Source: a virus
Taxonomy: Duplodnaviria > Heunggongvirae > Uroviricota > Caudoviricetes
IMG/VR virus record: IMGVR_UViG_3300020042_002824
Direction: 5' to 3' (one strand)
DNA length: 15,827 nucleotides
In this document: in pieces, positions 6,384 to 13,631 of the stretch
How positions within the stretch are numbered: position 1 is the stretch's first letter
Layout of the letters: each line of letters begins with the position of its first letter
Notes under the pieces: model-generated
Told to the model about the DNA's origin: nothing
The model's input: the letters and a program-made list of their open reading frames with translations, nothing else
Databases searched by the model: none
Made by a program: the position numbers and the translations under genes

Positions 6384-7027
6384 GGTTTGTCATTTCTATG
6401 TAAAACTAAAAGCTTATCGTTGTCCCAACCTGGAGAAAACTTTAACTCATGATTAGCCATAATAAATGTAGCAGATGAGAAGTATTCTTTAATGTGATCC
6501 ATGGCTTCCATGTATCTGTTTTCATCTTCTCTAAGGAAGATATCTTCGATGATGATTATACCTCCTGGCTTAACACATTTGTATGCTATGTTTAAAAATC
6601 TAATCTGATCTTCAAACACGTGTGTAGAATCTTCTATGATTATGTCAAAGAAGTTATTTTTGTTGAACACGTTGTTAAGAGATTGTTCACTGGTAACATC
6701 TATATGAGTGTATGTAGCATTGTTAAGATTATCACGTATTCCTTTTTGCAACTTATCATCATGATATTCATAACCAAACAATGTTGCATTAGGGAAATAT
6801 TCTCTCCAACATAACATAGAATGATTATCTAATATACCCACCTCACCTATTGTAATCTCTTTGTAACGAAGATTTGAAAACAATAAGTTATATATGGAAG
6901 TGTAAGCATGTCTATGTAAATGAGGATGGTTATGATAAGGACACTTGTCTGTAGGATACTTAACAGCAAGTTTACATAAGTCTGTATTAGAATGTGTAGA
7001 GTCAATACTTAGTCTATTTATTTGCAT
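6374..7027 (-). CDS. Class I SAM-dependent methyltransferase, MycE/sugar O-methyltransferase-like (217 aa)
   Basis: YPTDK..H.YT.IY, IGEVGI, CWREYFPNA, FDIIIEDSTH and VKPGGIIIIED motifs. Confidence 0.8.
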   Translation of the reverse strand: MQINRLSIDSTHSNTDLCKLAVKYPTDKCPYHNHPHLHRHAYTSIYNLLFSNLRYKEITIGEVGILDNHSMLCWREYFPNATLFGYEYHDDKLQKGIRDNLNNATYTHIDVTSEQSLNNVFNKNNFFDIIIEDSTHVFEDQIRFLNIAYKCVKPGGIIIIEDIFLREDENRYMEAMDHIKEYFSSATFIMANHELKFSPGWDNDKLLVLHRNDKPCS

Positions 7028-7769
7028 TGATAAAATCTTTTAACATTTGTGAATAGTCTTTACTCCAATGAGGAACTAGTTTAACTTCTCCTGTAGGAAC
7101 TTTTCCTTTGATTCTTTCTGATTCAATGTGAGCACTGTGTCTTTGTATAGCGTTAAGCTTTCCAGGATGGTCTGTACCCTCACCACTCATGTGATAACCC
7201 CTACCACCCCACATATAAAACCAACTAGCTTCTTCCTTAGGAGGTTTAGCAAATAGTCTTCCTCCATATGCGTTTATTGCTTCAATGAATGTCATATCAT
7301 ATCCAGCATTTTCAAGAGGATGTCCTCCTATAGCTTTCCAAGCTGACTTTCTAAAAACAATACCAGAGTTACCTATCCAACCAACTTGTTCAATACCTGT
7401 AATGTGACATAACACTCCTGTTTCCCAGTGAAGAATGTTCACCTTATCAGTCATGTATTTAGCTACATTCTTTAAATGGTGTGGTAGAGCTACATCATCA
7501 TCATCCCATTGGCATATAATATCTCCTTGACAACGCTCTGTAGCATAGTTTTCTTTCGCTCCTATAGTATCATATCCCTTAACTAGGTTAACTATCTTAA
7601 CTTGAGGATGATCAAATACAAGAGTTTGTAAAGGATAGTCATTAACTATTATAAGCTCACACTTATCTGCAGGATAGTCCTGCTTGAGGAAAGACTCAAT
7701 ACTCTCCTCAAGCGTAGCTACCCTTCCATAAGTTATACATTTACATGATATAAATGGAAGTGAGTTCAT
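7014..7769 (-). CDS. GT2 family glycosyltransferase (251 aa)
   Basis: ITYGR...LEESIESFLKQDY, ELIIVND, IGAKENY and GDIICQWDDDD motifs. Confidence 0.85.
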   Translation of the reverse strand: MNSLPFISCKCITYGRVATLEESIESFLKQDYPADKCELIIVNDYPLQTLVFDHPQVKIVNLVKGYDTIGAKENYATERCQGDIICQWDDDDVALPHHLKNVAKYMTDKVNILHWETGVLCHITGIEQVGWIGNSGIVFRKSAWKAIGGHPLENAGYDMTFIEAINAYGGRLFAKPPKEEASWFYMWGGRGYHMSGEGTDHPGKLNAIQRHSAHIESERIKGKVPTGEVKLVPHWSKDYSQMLKDFINANK

Positions 7770-7770
7770 A

Positions 7771-8052
7771 TTACCAAATCATTATAACATCAAATGGACT
7801 AACAAGAATTACTTCCTCATCATTTGATAGGTTAATTAATGGAGCTTTTGATAAAGAGCTTGGATCTACCAAGATGATATCTCCTGCTTTGATACTTGTT
7901 ACCAAATCACCAACTGTGTGCACCTTTAACTTAGACATCTTCTTAAGCATCTCTTTTTGTAATGCTTCTTTAGTGTTCTCGTCTACAATTAACTTGCTGT
8001 CTTCATTTTGTTTTGGCATCTCTACATAGATGCGGTTACCTAATAGCTTCAT
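7771..8052 (-). CDS. GroES-like co-chaperonin (93 aa)
   Basis: KLLGNRIYVE, VHTVGD..TSIKAGDIILV and ILVSPFDVIMIW follow the Cpn10 beta-barrel pattern. Confidence 0.7.
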   Translation of the reverse strand: MKLLGNRIYVEMPKQNEDSKLIVDENTKEALQKEMLKKMSKLKVHTVGDLVTSIKAGDIILVDPSSLSKAPLINLSNDEEVILVSPFDVIMIW

Positions 8053-8053
8053 A

Positions 8054-8323
8054 TTAATTATTTGCTAGGTTATTAAATCTTGTTATGTCTTCTCCTTCTA
8101 AATAAATTTCTGATTGGAATGTTTCTCTCACTCTCTTCACTTCTAATTTATTTGTCTTGATGTTTGGAGCTTGTATATCTCTAGAACGCTCATGTAAGTC
8201 GTCTAATAAGATTAATAATGCTCCATCTTCCATTTGTACTGAGCGTACTAACTTGTTTAGGTTAAAACTTTCTGTGTAAGTTTTATCACCATCTTTTCTT
8301 GTGTAAAAGAATAAATTGTTCAT
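8054..8323 (-). CDS. Hypothetical phage protein (89 aa; ATG 8323 preferred over TTG 8335)
   Basis: The ATG directly follows the upstream stop (TAA-A-ATG); MNNLFFYTRK...LLDDLHER...TFQSEIYL. Confidence 0.75.
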   Translation of the reverse strand: MNNLFFYTRKDGDKTYTESFNLNKLVRSVQMEDGALLILLDDLHERSRDIQAPNIKTNKLEVKRVRETFQSEIYLEGEDITRFNNLANN

Positions 8324-8324
8324 T

Positions 8325-8594
8325 TTAATTTTCAATTTTATCTGGGTTATTTAAATCTGTCATTCTTTGAACTAATATGTTTTCATAATTCTGCATAGTA
8401 GTTAATTGACTATCTAACAAACGCTTATGAAAGTAATTTACATTTTTAAAATCAGGACTCATTGTCATAAAAGTTTTTAACTTTTCAATTTTACTTGATA
8501 GTTCAATTCTTTCAATGTGTAATTTACCTGCTAGACCTACTATAGGTTCTTTTAATTCTTGTTCTGGAACATTGTCCCATGCTGTTGCAATCAT
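8325..8594 (-). CDS. Helical-hairpin phage protein, crAss001_48-like (89 aa)
   Basis: The E..EL..KI.KL..F....F.......LL..QL..M..Y..IL..R pattern is recalled for this family. Confidence 0.55.
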   Translation of the reverse strand: MIATAWDNVPEQELKEPIVGLAGKLHIERIELSSKIEKLKTFMTMSPDFKNVNYFHKRLLDSQLTTMQNYENILVQRMTDLNNPDKIEN

Positions 8595-9049
8595 TGTATT
8601 ATATTTATTTGGTTGTAAAAAGAATTTGTTAAATGTTGTACCTCATATGCAAACGCTTCTTCTGTCTCTGAATTAAGTTCCATACCTGTCCAATACATTA
8701 TGTTCAAAGCTGTATGAAATATCTCATGTGCTATAACACCTTGATCTTCTGTGCTAGCCATCCATATAATAGGAGGTTTACCATCTATTGTAGGAAATGA
8801 TACAGCCCTAGCATCAAAGTCTGCAGCTGTCACTGTACTATCTAAATTATCTCTTACATATTTAGCAGCAAATGCTGTATCATCTGTAATTAAGACATTT
8901 ACATCCATGTCAAATGTATCTCCACTAAGAGTAATTAATTGATATTTAGTAGTGATGTTTGTATCATCAGACATTGCAAAATACAATATTGCTACACAAG
9001 CAAAAGCACATACTAAAAATACCAATAAATCAATTTTAATGTATTTCAT
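8591..9049 (-). CDS. Membrane-anchored zincin-like metalloprotein (152 aa)
   Basis: N-terminal hydrophobic helix LLVFLVCAFACVAILYFAM; AHEIFH (HExxH) plus downstream EEAFAY. Confidence 0.65.
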   Translation of the reverse strand: MKYIKIDLLVFLVCAFACVAILYFAMSDDTNITTKYQLITLSGDTFDMDVNVLITDDTAFAAKYVRDNLDSTVTAADFDARAVSFPTIDGKPPIIWMASTEDQGVIAHEIFHTALNIMYWTGMELNSETEEAFAYEVQHLTNSFYNQINIIQ

Positions 9050-9434
9050 ATTTCTGTTTTAATTTTTCACGTCTTTTGTTTACTTCCTCATACCTGTACA
9101 TGTCACTTTCTACATTAGTGTGTTCATCTAATGTCAAAAGTATGATATTTTCTTCATCTAAAGAAGCTTGAGGGTACTTTTCTTTGGGTAATATGTGATG
9201 AAAGAATACTGACAAAGGCTCTTTACCTAGATAGTCCATACTCACTTCTGAATAATGGAGCTTCTTCCTCCAGATTTGTAAGAAAAACTGTTGCATTTCT
9301 GATATATCTCGAATTACCCTCTCTTTTTTGACAGATTTTGTCAAATTTTGTGTAGCAATTCGTTTTCTAGGCTTGTGCTTAAAACAGTATTCTCCCTCAC
9401 AGTTTTTACCACATGTCTTACACTGTGTCTTCAT
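9036..9434 (-). CDS. HNH endonuclease-like protein with N-terminal Zn finger (132 aa)
   Basis: CKTCGKNC....CFKH at the N-terminus; HHILPKEKYP..SLDEENIILLTLDEH beta-beta-alpha-metal motif. Confidence 0.7.
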   Translation of the reverse strand: MKTQCKTCGKNCEGEYCFKHKPRKRIATQNLTKSVKKERVIRDISEMQQFFLQIWRKKLHYSEVSMDYLGKEPLSVFFHHILPKEKYPQASLDEENIILLTLDEHTNVESDMYRYEEVNKRREKLKQKYEIH

Positions 9435-9877
9435 TTGAGACCAGTTGAGCCAAAGCCTCCCTCACCTCTTTCTGATTGCTCCAATTCAGGAACAACATCA
9501 AAAGATACAGGTAAGACTTCTTCAAAATAGATTTGTGCCACTCTATCTCCTACACCATATGGAAAGTCTTGATAGCCATCAGCAAACTCTTGTCCTGGTA
9601 TTGCTGTAAATATAGCCATCCACTCTCCTCTATAATCAGCATCAATAACACCAAAAGAGTTATTTAACACCCAATTATACTTTGTTAAGTTACTGCGTGG
9701 AACAAGAATGCCTTTATACCCCTTGGGTATTTCAGTCTTGAATCCAAGACCTACGTATCTTTTACTATTTGCACCTGTTATGCTGTGAGCATATACATCA
9801 TATGCAGCAGCGTGCTCGCTACCTTTGTAAGGCATGCGAGCATCTTCTGTTAGTTTTTGAAATTTAATCTTCAACAT
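9431..9877 (-). CDS. dut: Trimeric dUTPase (148 aa)
   Basis: All five motifs present: AAAYDV, PRS, GVIDADYRGE, GDRVAQ, RGEGGFGSTG. ATG 9877 preferred over TTG 9886. Confidence 0.95.
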   Translation of the reverse strand: MLKIKFQKLTEDARMPYKGSEHAAAYDVYAHSITGANSKRYVGLGFKTEIPKGYKGILVPRSNLTKYNWVLNNSFGVIDADYRGEWMAIFTAIPGQEFADGYQDFPYGVGDRVAQIYFEEVLPVSFDVVPELEQSERGEGGFGSTGLK

Positions 9878-10898
9878 GTTCTTCAACTTTTAATTCAACG
9901 TTATTAATCTTGTCTACAATGGTTTGTTTAATTTTATTATAAAACTCTTCATTGTCTACAAGCATTTGCTTAAATTCATCAAGATCATATTTAACATCTT
10001 CAAATGTAAATGTCTTACCATACTTTCTTCCAAGCTCAAACTCATTAAGAAGGTCCATCATCTCCTTCACCTTATCAATACCAAGACCATATACAATCTC
10101 AAATGTAGATAGTCTATAAGGAGGATTTGTTTTGTTCTTAGTAGCTTTCACCTTAGTTAAGTTACCATATTGTACATCACCATCTTTCACAGCTGTTTTA
10201 GAGACTTCTATTCTTACATCACTGTAAAACTTCAGCGCATGTCCACCTTGTGTTGTCTTTGGATCTCCAAACATCATACCAATCTTCTCTCTGTATTGGC
10301 TGATAACAATAACACATACATTATGTTGTGATAGAGCTGATTTCAATTTAGGATATGCATTACTATTCAACAATGCTTTCTTACCAATAGAAGAATCACC
10401 CACCTCACCATCAATCACCTTCTTAGGAATCAATGATGAATCTGAATCTATAATAACAAGATCAATCTCACCAGTGTTAATCATTTCCATAGCAATGTTA
10501 AAGCCCTCTTCACCACATGATGGTTGAGCAATTAACATCTCACTAGTATCAACACCAATAGCTTCAAAGTATTTCTTATCAACAGCATGCTCGCCATCAA
10601 TATAAACCACTTTACCACCTTTCTTCTGGCATTCAGCTACAGCATGTCCACATATTGTAGACTTACCTGAGCCTTCCCAACCCATAAGTTCATAGAGTTT
10701 ACCTTTTACAAAACCTCCAACACCTAATGTTACATAATCAAAACCAACACTTCCTGTGCTGATTACATCATAATGACCATCTGATTTGGAATCTAATGCC
10801 AAGACTGTGCCTGCACCATATTGTTTATTAAGCTTTTCTAAAGCTTCTTGGTATTTAGAGACACCACTGTCTACTGTTTGTTTCACTGCTTTCGCCAT
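9864..10898 (-). CDS. recA: RecA recombinase (344 aa from MAKAVKQ)
   Basis: ISTGSVGFD..LGVGG, Walker A GWEGSGKST, YIDGEHA, IIDS, QYREKIGMMFGDPKTTQGGHALKFY. The upstream ORF extension to 11003 crosses a terminator and is spurious. Confidence 0.95.
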   Translation of the reverse strand: MAKAVKQTVDSGVSKYQEALEKLNKQYGAGTVLALDSKSDGHYDVISTGSVGFDYVTLGVGGFVKGKLYELMGWEGSGKSTICGHAVAECQKKGGKVVYIDGEHAVDKKYFEAIGVDTSEMLIAQPSCGEEGFNIAMEMINTGEIDLVIIDSDSSLIPKKVIDGEVGDSSIGKKALLNSNAYPKLKSALSQHNVCVIVISQYREKIGMMFGDPKTTQGGHALKFYSDVRIEVSKTAVKDGDVQYGNLTKVKATKNKTNPPYRLSTFEIVYGLGIDKVKEMMDLLNEFELGRKYGKTFTFEDVKYDLDEFKQMLVDNEEFYNKIKQTIVDKINNVELKVEEHVED

Positions 10899-10916
10899 AA
10901 TTGTTAATTTAGTATA

Positions 10917-10948
10917 CAAAATTAATGTTTTTCTCTGATAATTCCATA
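10917..10948 (-). promoter_or_regulatory. Candidate Bacteroidota-type promoter for recA (TATG-N20-TAATTTTG)
   Basis: The -7 box TAATTTTG (10924-10917) is exact and the -33 box imperfect. It lies just downstream of a terminator and ~20 nt before ATG 10898. Confidence 0.45.
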
Positions 10949-10958
10949 CTTTTTCGCT

Positions 10959-10995
10959 AAAAAATAAAGCCCCTAATGTAGAAACACTAGGGGCT
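10959..10995 (-). terminator. Intrinsic terminator downstream of nrdJ and the Cys-rich gene
   Basis: On the - strand: AGCCCCUAGUGU-UUCU-ACAUUAGGGGCU (12 bp with one G-U) followed by UUAUUUUUU. Confidence 0.85.
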
Positions 10996-11020
10996 GGACA
11001 CAATTAACGAAAAACAGAAA

Positions 11021-11060
11021 TGCAAACTTATGCATAATTATGCATACATACGCAAATTAT
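11021..11060. repeat. Four degenerate 10-bp tandem units containing a perfect 18-bp palindrome (candidate operator)
   Basis: tgcaaactta/tgcataatta/tgcatacata/cgcaaattat; palindrome TATGCATAATTATGCATA at 11029-11046. Confidence 0.6.
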
Positions 11061-11061
11061 T

Positions 11062-11241
11062 TTATCTTTTATTATCATCTGCTATCATTTGGTTACCCTT
11101 GATAACAGGTTTTTCATATGGACAGTGTCTGCAGTTGTTACCACAGCACTCTCCTTTTTCCTTGAGATAGCTTTCTGTAAAGATTACAAAGCCATCTTCA
11201 AGATAATAATCAATGTCTTTTATAAATTCTTTCTTTTCCAT
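11062..11241 (-). CDS. Small Cys-rich protein, DUF5522-like (59 aa), missed by the ORF track
   Basis: MEKKEFIKDIDYYLEDGFVIFTESYLKEKGECCGNNCRHCPYEKPVIKGNQMIADDNKR; the YYLEDG.V.FT..YL..G.CCG..CRHCPY signature is present. Confidence 0.8.
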   Translation of the reverse strand: MEKKEFIKDIDYYLEDGFVIFTESYLKEKGECCGNNCRHCPYEKPVIKGNQMIADDNKR

Positions 11242-11254
11242 TATAAATTAATTA

Positions 11255-11333
11255 TGCAATTTTAGGTTGGATTTATTATTAGGCTTTAACCACGTACAAT
11301 CATTGCTGATAGGTAGCCATTCCTAAGATTGCA
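11255..11333. other. Candidate structured RNA / long inverted repeat between nrdJ and the Cys-rich gene
   Basis: Outer 12-bp inverted repeat tgcaattttagg / cctaagattgca, inner GGCU/AGCC and ACC/GGU helices, and an AUCA-GCAA-UGAU GNRA hairpin on the - strand. Confidence 0.35.
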
Positions 11334-11339
11334 ATTATT

Positions 11340-13277
11340 TTAAATGTTTATTTCACATCCTTCAGGACCGCTACAAGCTGCAATAGCACCAAAGTCCACT
11401 GTATCATCTAATTCCATCACCTTAGTTAGGTCAATGGCTTTCAATGAATTGATACGACTGTTGTAATCCTCTTCTGTGATGTCTTCAAAAGGAGCTTGTT
11501 TGTAACTGCCTCCAAAATATGGTAGTACTGACAAGCCATTGTATATTTCTCTATTGTCCCACATCCATTGTCCTACAGCTTGCCACTCATTCAAGAAACC
11601 ATCATCAGTTTGTGTGTATCTACTACCTTTACCATCACTCATGTCAACTGATATATAGTTTCTACCATTATCAATAGAAACAGTAGCACTTACATTATGT
11701 GTGTTAGCTCCATTAATATGTCCTGCTTTGACCCATTCTGTAGAGAATCTTTTAACACGCTCTAGCGTATCAATTGCTGTCTCTGTACGTAGAATAGATC
11801 CTTCAGGGGCTTTAACAGGAATGCGTACACAAACTGTATCCTTAGGACGTAACACATCATCTTCACATAGTTCAGGATGGTTAATCTCTAAGTACATAGC
11901 CATATCTTCGCTCTTGTTAAACCTCATAGTTCTTAAGTAGTAAGGAGCATGCCATGCGTGGATACCAGATGCTGTTCCTAAGACTAATGATGTTGTACCA
12001 CTTGGTTTAATACATGTAATACGAGCTGCTTCGTTGGTACCAATCTTATCAGAAATCATACTGTTAACCACCTTAGCTGTATTGGCTGCTATTTCCAGGT
12101 CATATTTAAGGATTTCTCCTGAACCTATACCTGTCATACCAATGCCTAATAGAGCGTCTTTTTGGGTGGTCTTTTGCCAAATAGGACGTAAGTAGTGGAA
12201 GTCAAAGAATCCTGCTTGTAATGTACCAAAGAATGCTGCAACACTCACTCTGTTGTTAAGGTCTTCCTGATCTACTACATCAGACACATTCACCTCACAT
12301 AGGTTACAGAATTGAAAAGGTCTTAGACCAATTTCACAGCAAGGGTTAGTTCCCCAATCTAGGTCATTAGACCAATAGATACCTGGTTCACCACTTCCTG
12401 ATGCTTCAATTCTTTTCCATAGGGCTTGGAACTCTTCTTCACTCACCTCACCTCTTTTAAGGACAGCTGAGTTATTACTTCTACCACGTTGTTCATTAGT
12501 CTCCCACCAGTCACCATACTTACATGTAATCATTTCCTCGTCATCATGGCTAAACAAAGAGATCATAGCTGACCTTCTGATACCACCTGCAAGTACACTG
12601 TTAGCAATATGACACATAATATCATGAGCTTCTAAAGGAGATAGCTTTTGACCATCTTCTTTACGTTCCATAACAGCATCAATATGAGATAAGCATAACT
12701 TAAGTGGTTCAGGACCAGGAGCTTTACCTCCAGCTGTCACTAATCTAGCACCCTTGTGTCTAATAGCTCTGAAGTCAAACTTAGGCTTATAACCACCTTC
12801 AAAGTAGAACTTCATCAAAACTTTTACAGCATCAGCCCATCCCATAATAGAATCTTCAATCAGGTAGTTACGTTGCTTGTATGTCTCTTGTTTCTTAATA
12901 GCTGGCAGTTGCTCTATATGATGCTTTTGAACAGAAAAACCTACACCTGAACCTCCTAATAGGAGAAACATAGTCTCAGAGAAACTGTATAGACTGTCAA
13001 CAGGTAGATAAGCACAGTTATATCCTCTAGCATTGTTCACTTCCATTGCTGGACCAGCAAACTGAAGGGCCCTCATTGATGGTAAGACTTTCTTCTCTCT
13101 AATGAATACAGCACTTTCTACAATTGCTTGCTCTAATTTAGGATATTTCTTGATCATCATGCTTTGATACCTATCCACTATCTCATCCCAAGTCTCTCTT
13201 CTTTTCTTTTCTGAGATGTACTTTGCATACTTGCTAAAAATTGTTATTTTGCTCAAAGCTTCTAATCCTAAATCCAT
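11340..13277 (-). CDS. nrdJ: Class II (adenosylcobalamin-dependent) ribonucleotide reductase, monomeric RTPR type (645 aa from MDLGLE)
   Basis: PSMRALQFAG, YNCAY, GTNPCCEI (NPCxE active site), FCNLCEV, TCIKPSGTTS and a C-terminal Cys pair ACSGPEGC. The frame is uninterrupted. Confidence 0.93.
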   Translation of the reverse strand: MDLGLEALSKITIFSKYAKYISEKKRRETWDEIVDRYQSMMIKKYPKLEQAIVESAVFIREKKVLPSMRALQFAGPAMEVNNARGYNCAYLPVDSLYSFSETMFLLLGGSGVGFSVQKHHIEQLPAIKKQETYKQRNYLIEDSIMGWADAVKVLMKFYFEGGYKPKFDFRAIRHKGARLVTAGGKAPGPEPLKLCLSHIDAVMERKEDGQKLSPLEAHDIMCHIANSVLAGGIRRSAMISLFSHDDEEMITCKYGDWWETNEQRGRSNNSAVLKRGEVSEEEFQALWKRIEASGSGEPGIYWSNDLDWGTNPCCEIGLRPFQFCNLCEVNVSDVVDQEDLNNRVSVAAFFGTLQAGFFDFHYLRPIWQKTTQKDALLGIGMTGIGSGEILKYDLEIAANTAKVVNSMISDKIGTNEAARITCIKPSGTTSLVLGTASGIHAWHAPYYLRTMRFNKSEDMAMYLEINHPELCEDDVLRPKDTVCVRIPVKAPEGSILRTETAIDTLERVKRFSTEWVKAGHINGANTHNVSATVSIDNGRNYISVDMSDGKGSRYTQTDDGFLNEWQAVGQWMWDNREIYNGLSVLPYFGGSYKQAPFEDITEEDYNSRINSLKAIDLTKVMELDDTVDFGAIAACSGPEGCEINI

Positions 13278-13315
13278 GTTTAATTGTGTTTTTTTGGTTA
13301 AAAAATAAAGGGTTG

Positions 13316-13346
13316 CAAATGTACAACAGTACAACTTACCAACCAA
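13316..13346 (-). promoter_or_regulatory. Bacteroidota-type promoter for nrdJ (TTG-N20-TACATTTG)
   Basis: TACATTTG at 13323-13316 and TTG at 13346-13344, ~40 nt upstream of ATG 13277. Confidence 0.6.
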
Positions 13347-13361
13347 GAGAATTAGAAAATT

Positions 13362-13631
13362 CTACTTAACTAAATTTCTTATTTTGTAACCAAGTTCTGC
13401 ATCATTAGAATTGTCTCTAACTAATTTAGTTATTTCCTGATTTTGGAACATTAGCTTTTCTAAATAAAGCGTTGCATCCATTAGTTCTTCCTGTAAATGC
13501 TTGAGATAGTTATCCTTATTGTTAGTCTGTAAGGTGGTGCCATACTTTTCTTGACCCACTTTGCTACGCATAGCATATTTTGCTAAGACGTTCATAACTA
13601 TTGCATCCTCTACCATTAGTTCTGTAGTCAT
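13362..13631 (-). CDS. Small phage protein, possible all-alpha NTP pyrophosphohydrolase (MazG-like) fold (89 aa)
   Basis: RSKVGQEKYGTTL and HLQEELMDATLYLEK (EExxD) motifs. Confidence 0.5.
   Translation of the reverse strand: MTTELMVEDAIVMNVLAKYAMRSKVGQEKYGTTLQTNNKDNYLKHLQEELMDATLYLEKLMFQNQEITKLVRDNSNDAELGYKIRNLVK

Noticed and set aside
10930-10950. LexA/SOS box upstream of recA
   Set aside because: GGAATTATCAG does not complete the GGA-N5-TCC Bacteroidota box as I recall it, and no other SOS box type is visible.
10899-11003. 35-aa N-terminal extension of RecA in the ORF track
   Set aside because: It runs through a terminator hairpin and promoter box; RecA homology begins after ATG 10898.
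11021-11060. CRISPR mini-array
   Set aside because: The units are only 10 bp, directly adjacent and have no spacers; no cas genes are present.
11278-11296. Pistol-ribozyme-like CGUGGUUAAAGCC on the minus strand
   Set aside because: The complementary CCACG closing strand and downstream conserved elements are missing.
11340-13277. Intron or intein in nrdJ (also checked recA)
   Set aside because: The frames are continuous, the lengths are typical, and no intein splice-junction or LAGLIDADG motifs were seen.
13278-13346. 23-aa N-terminal extension of NrdJ in the ORF track
   Set aside because: It overlaps the promoter and A-rich leader; ATG 13277 (MDLGLE) is the plausible start.
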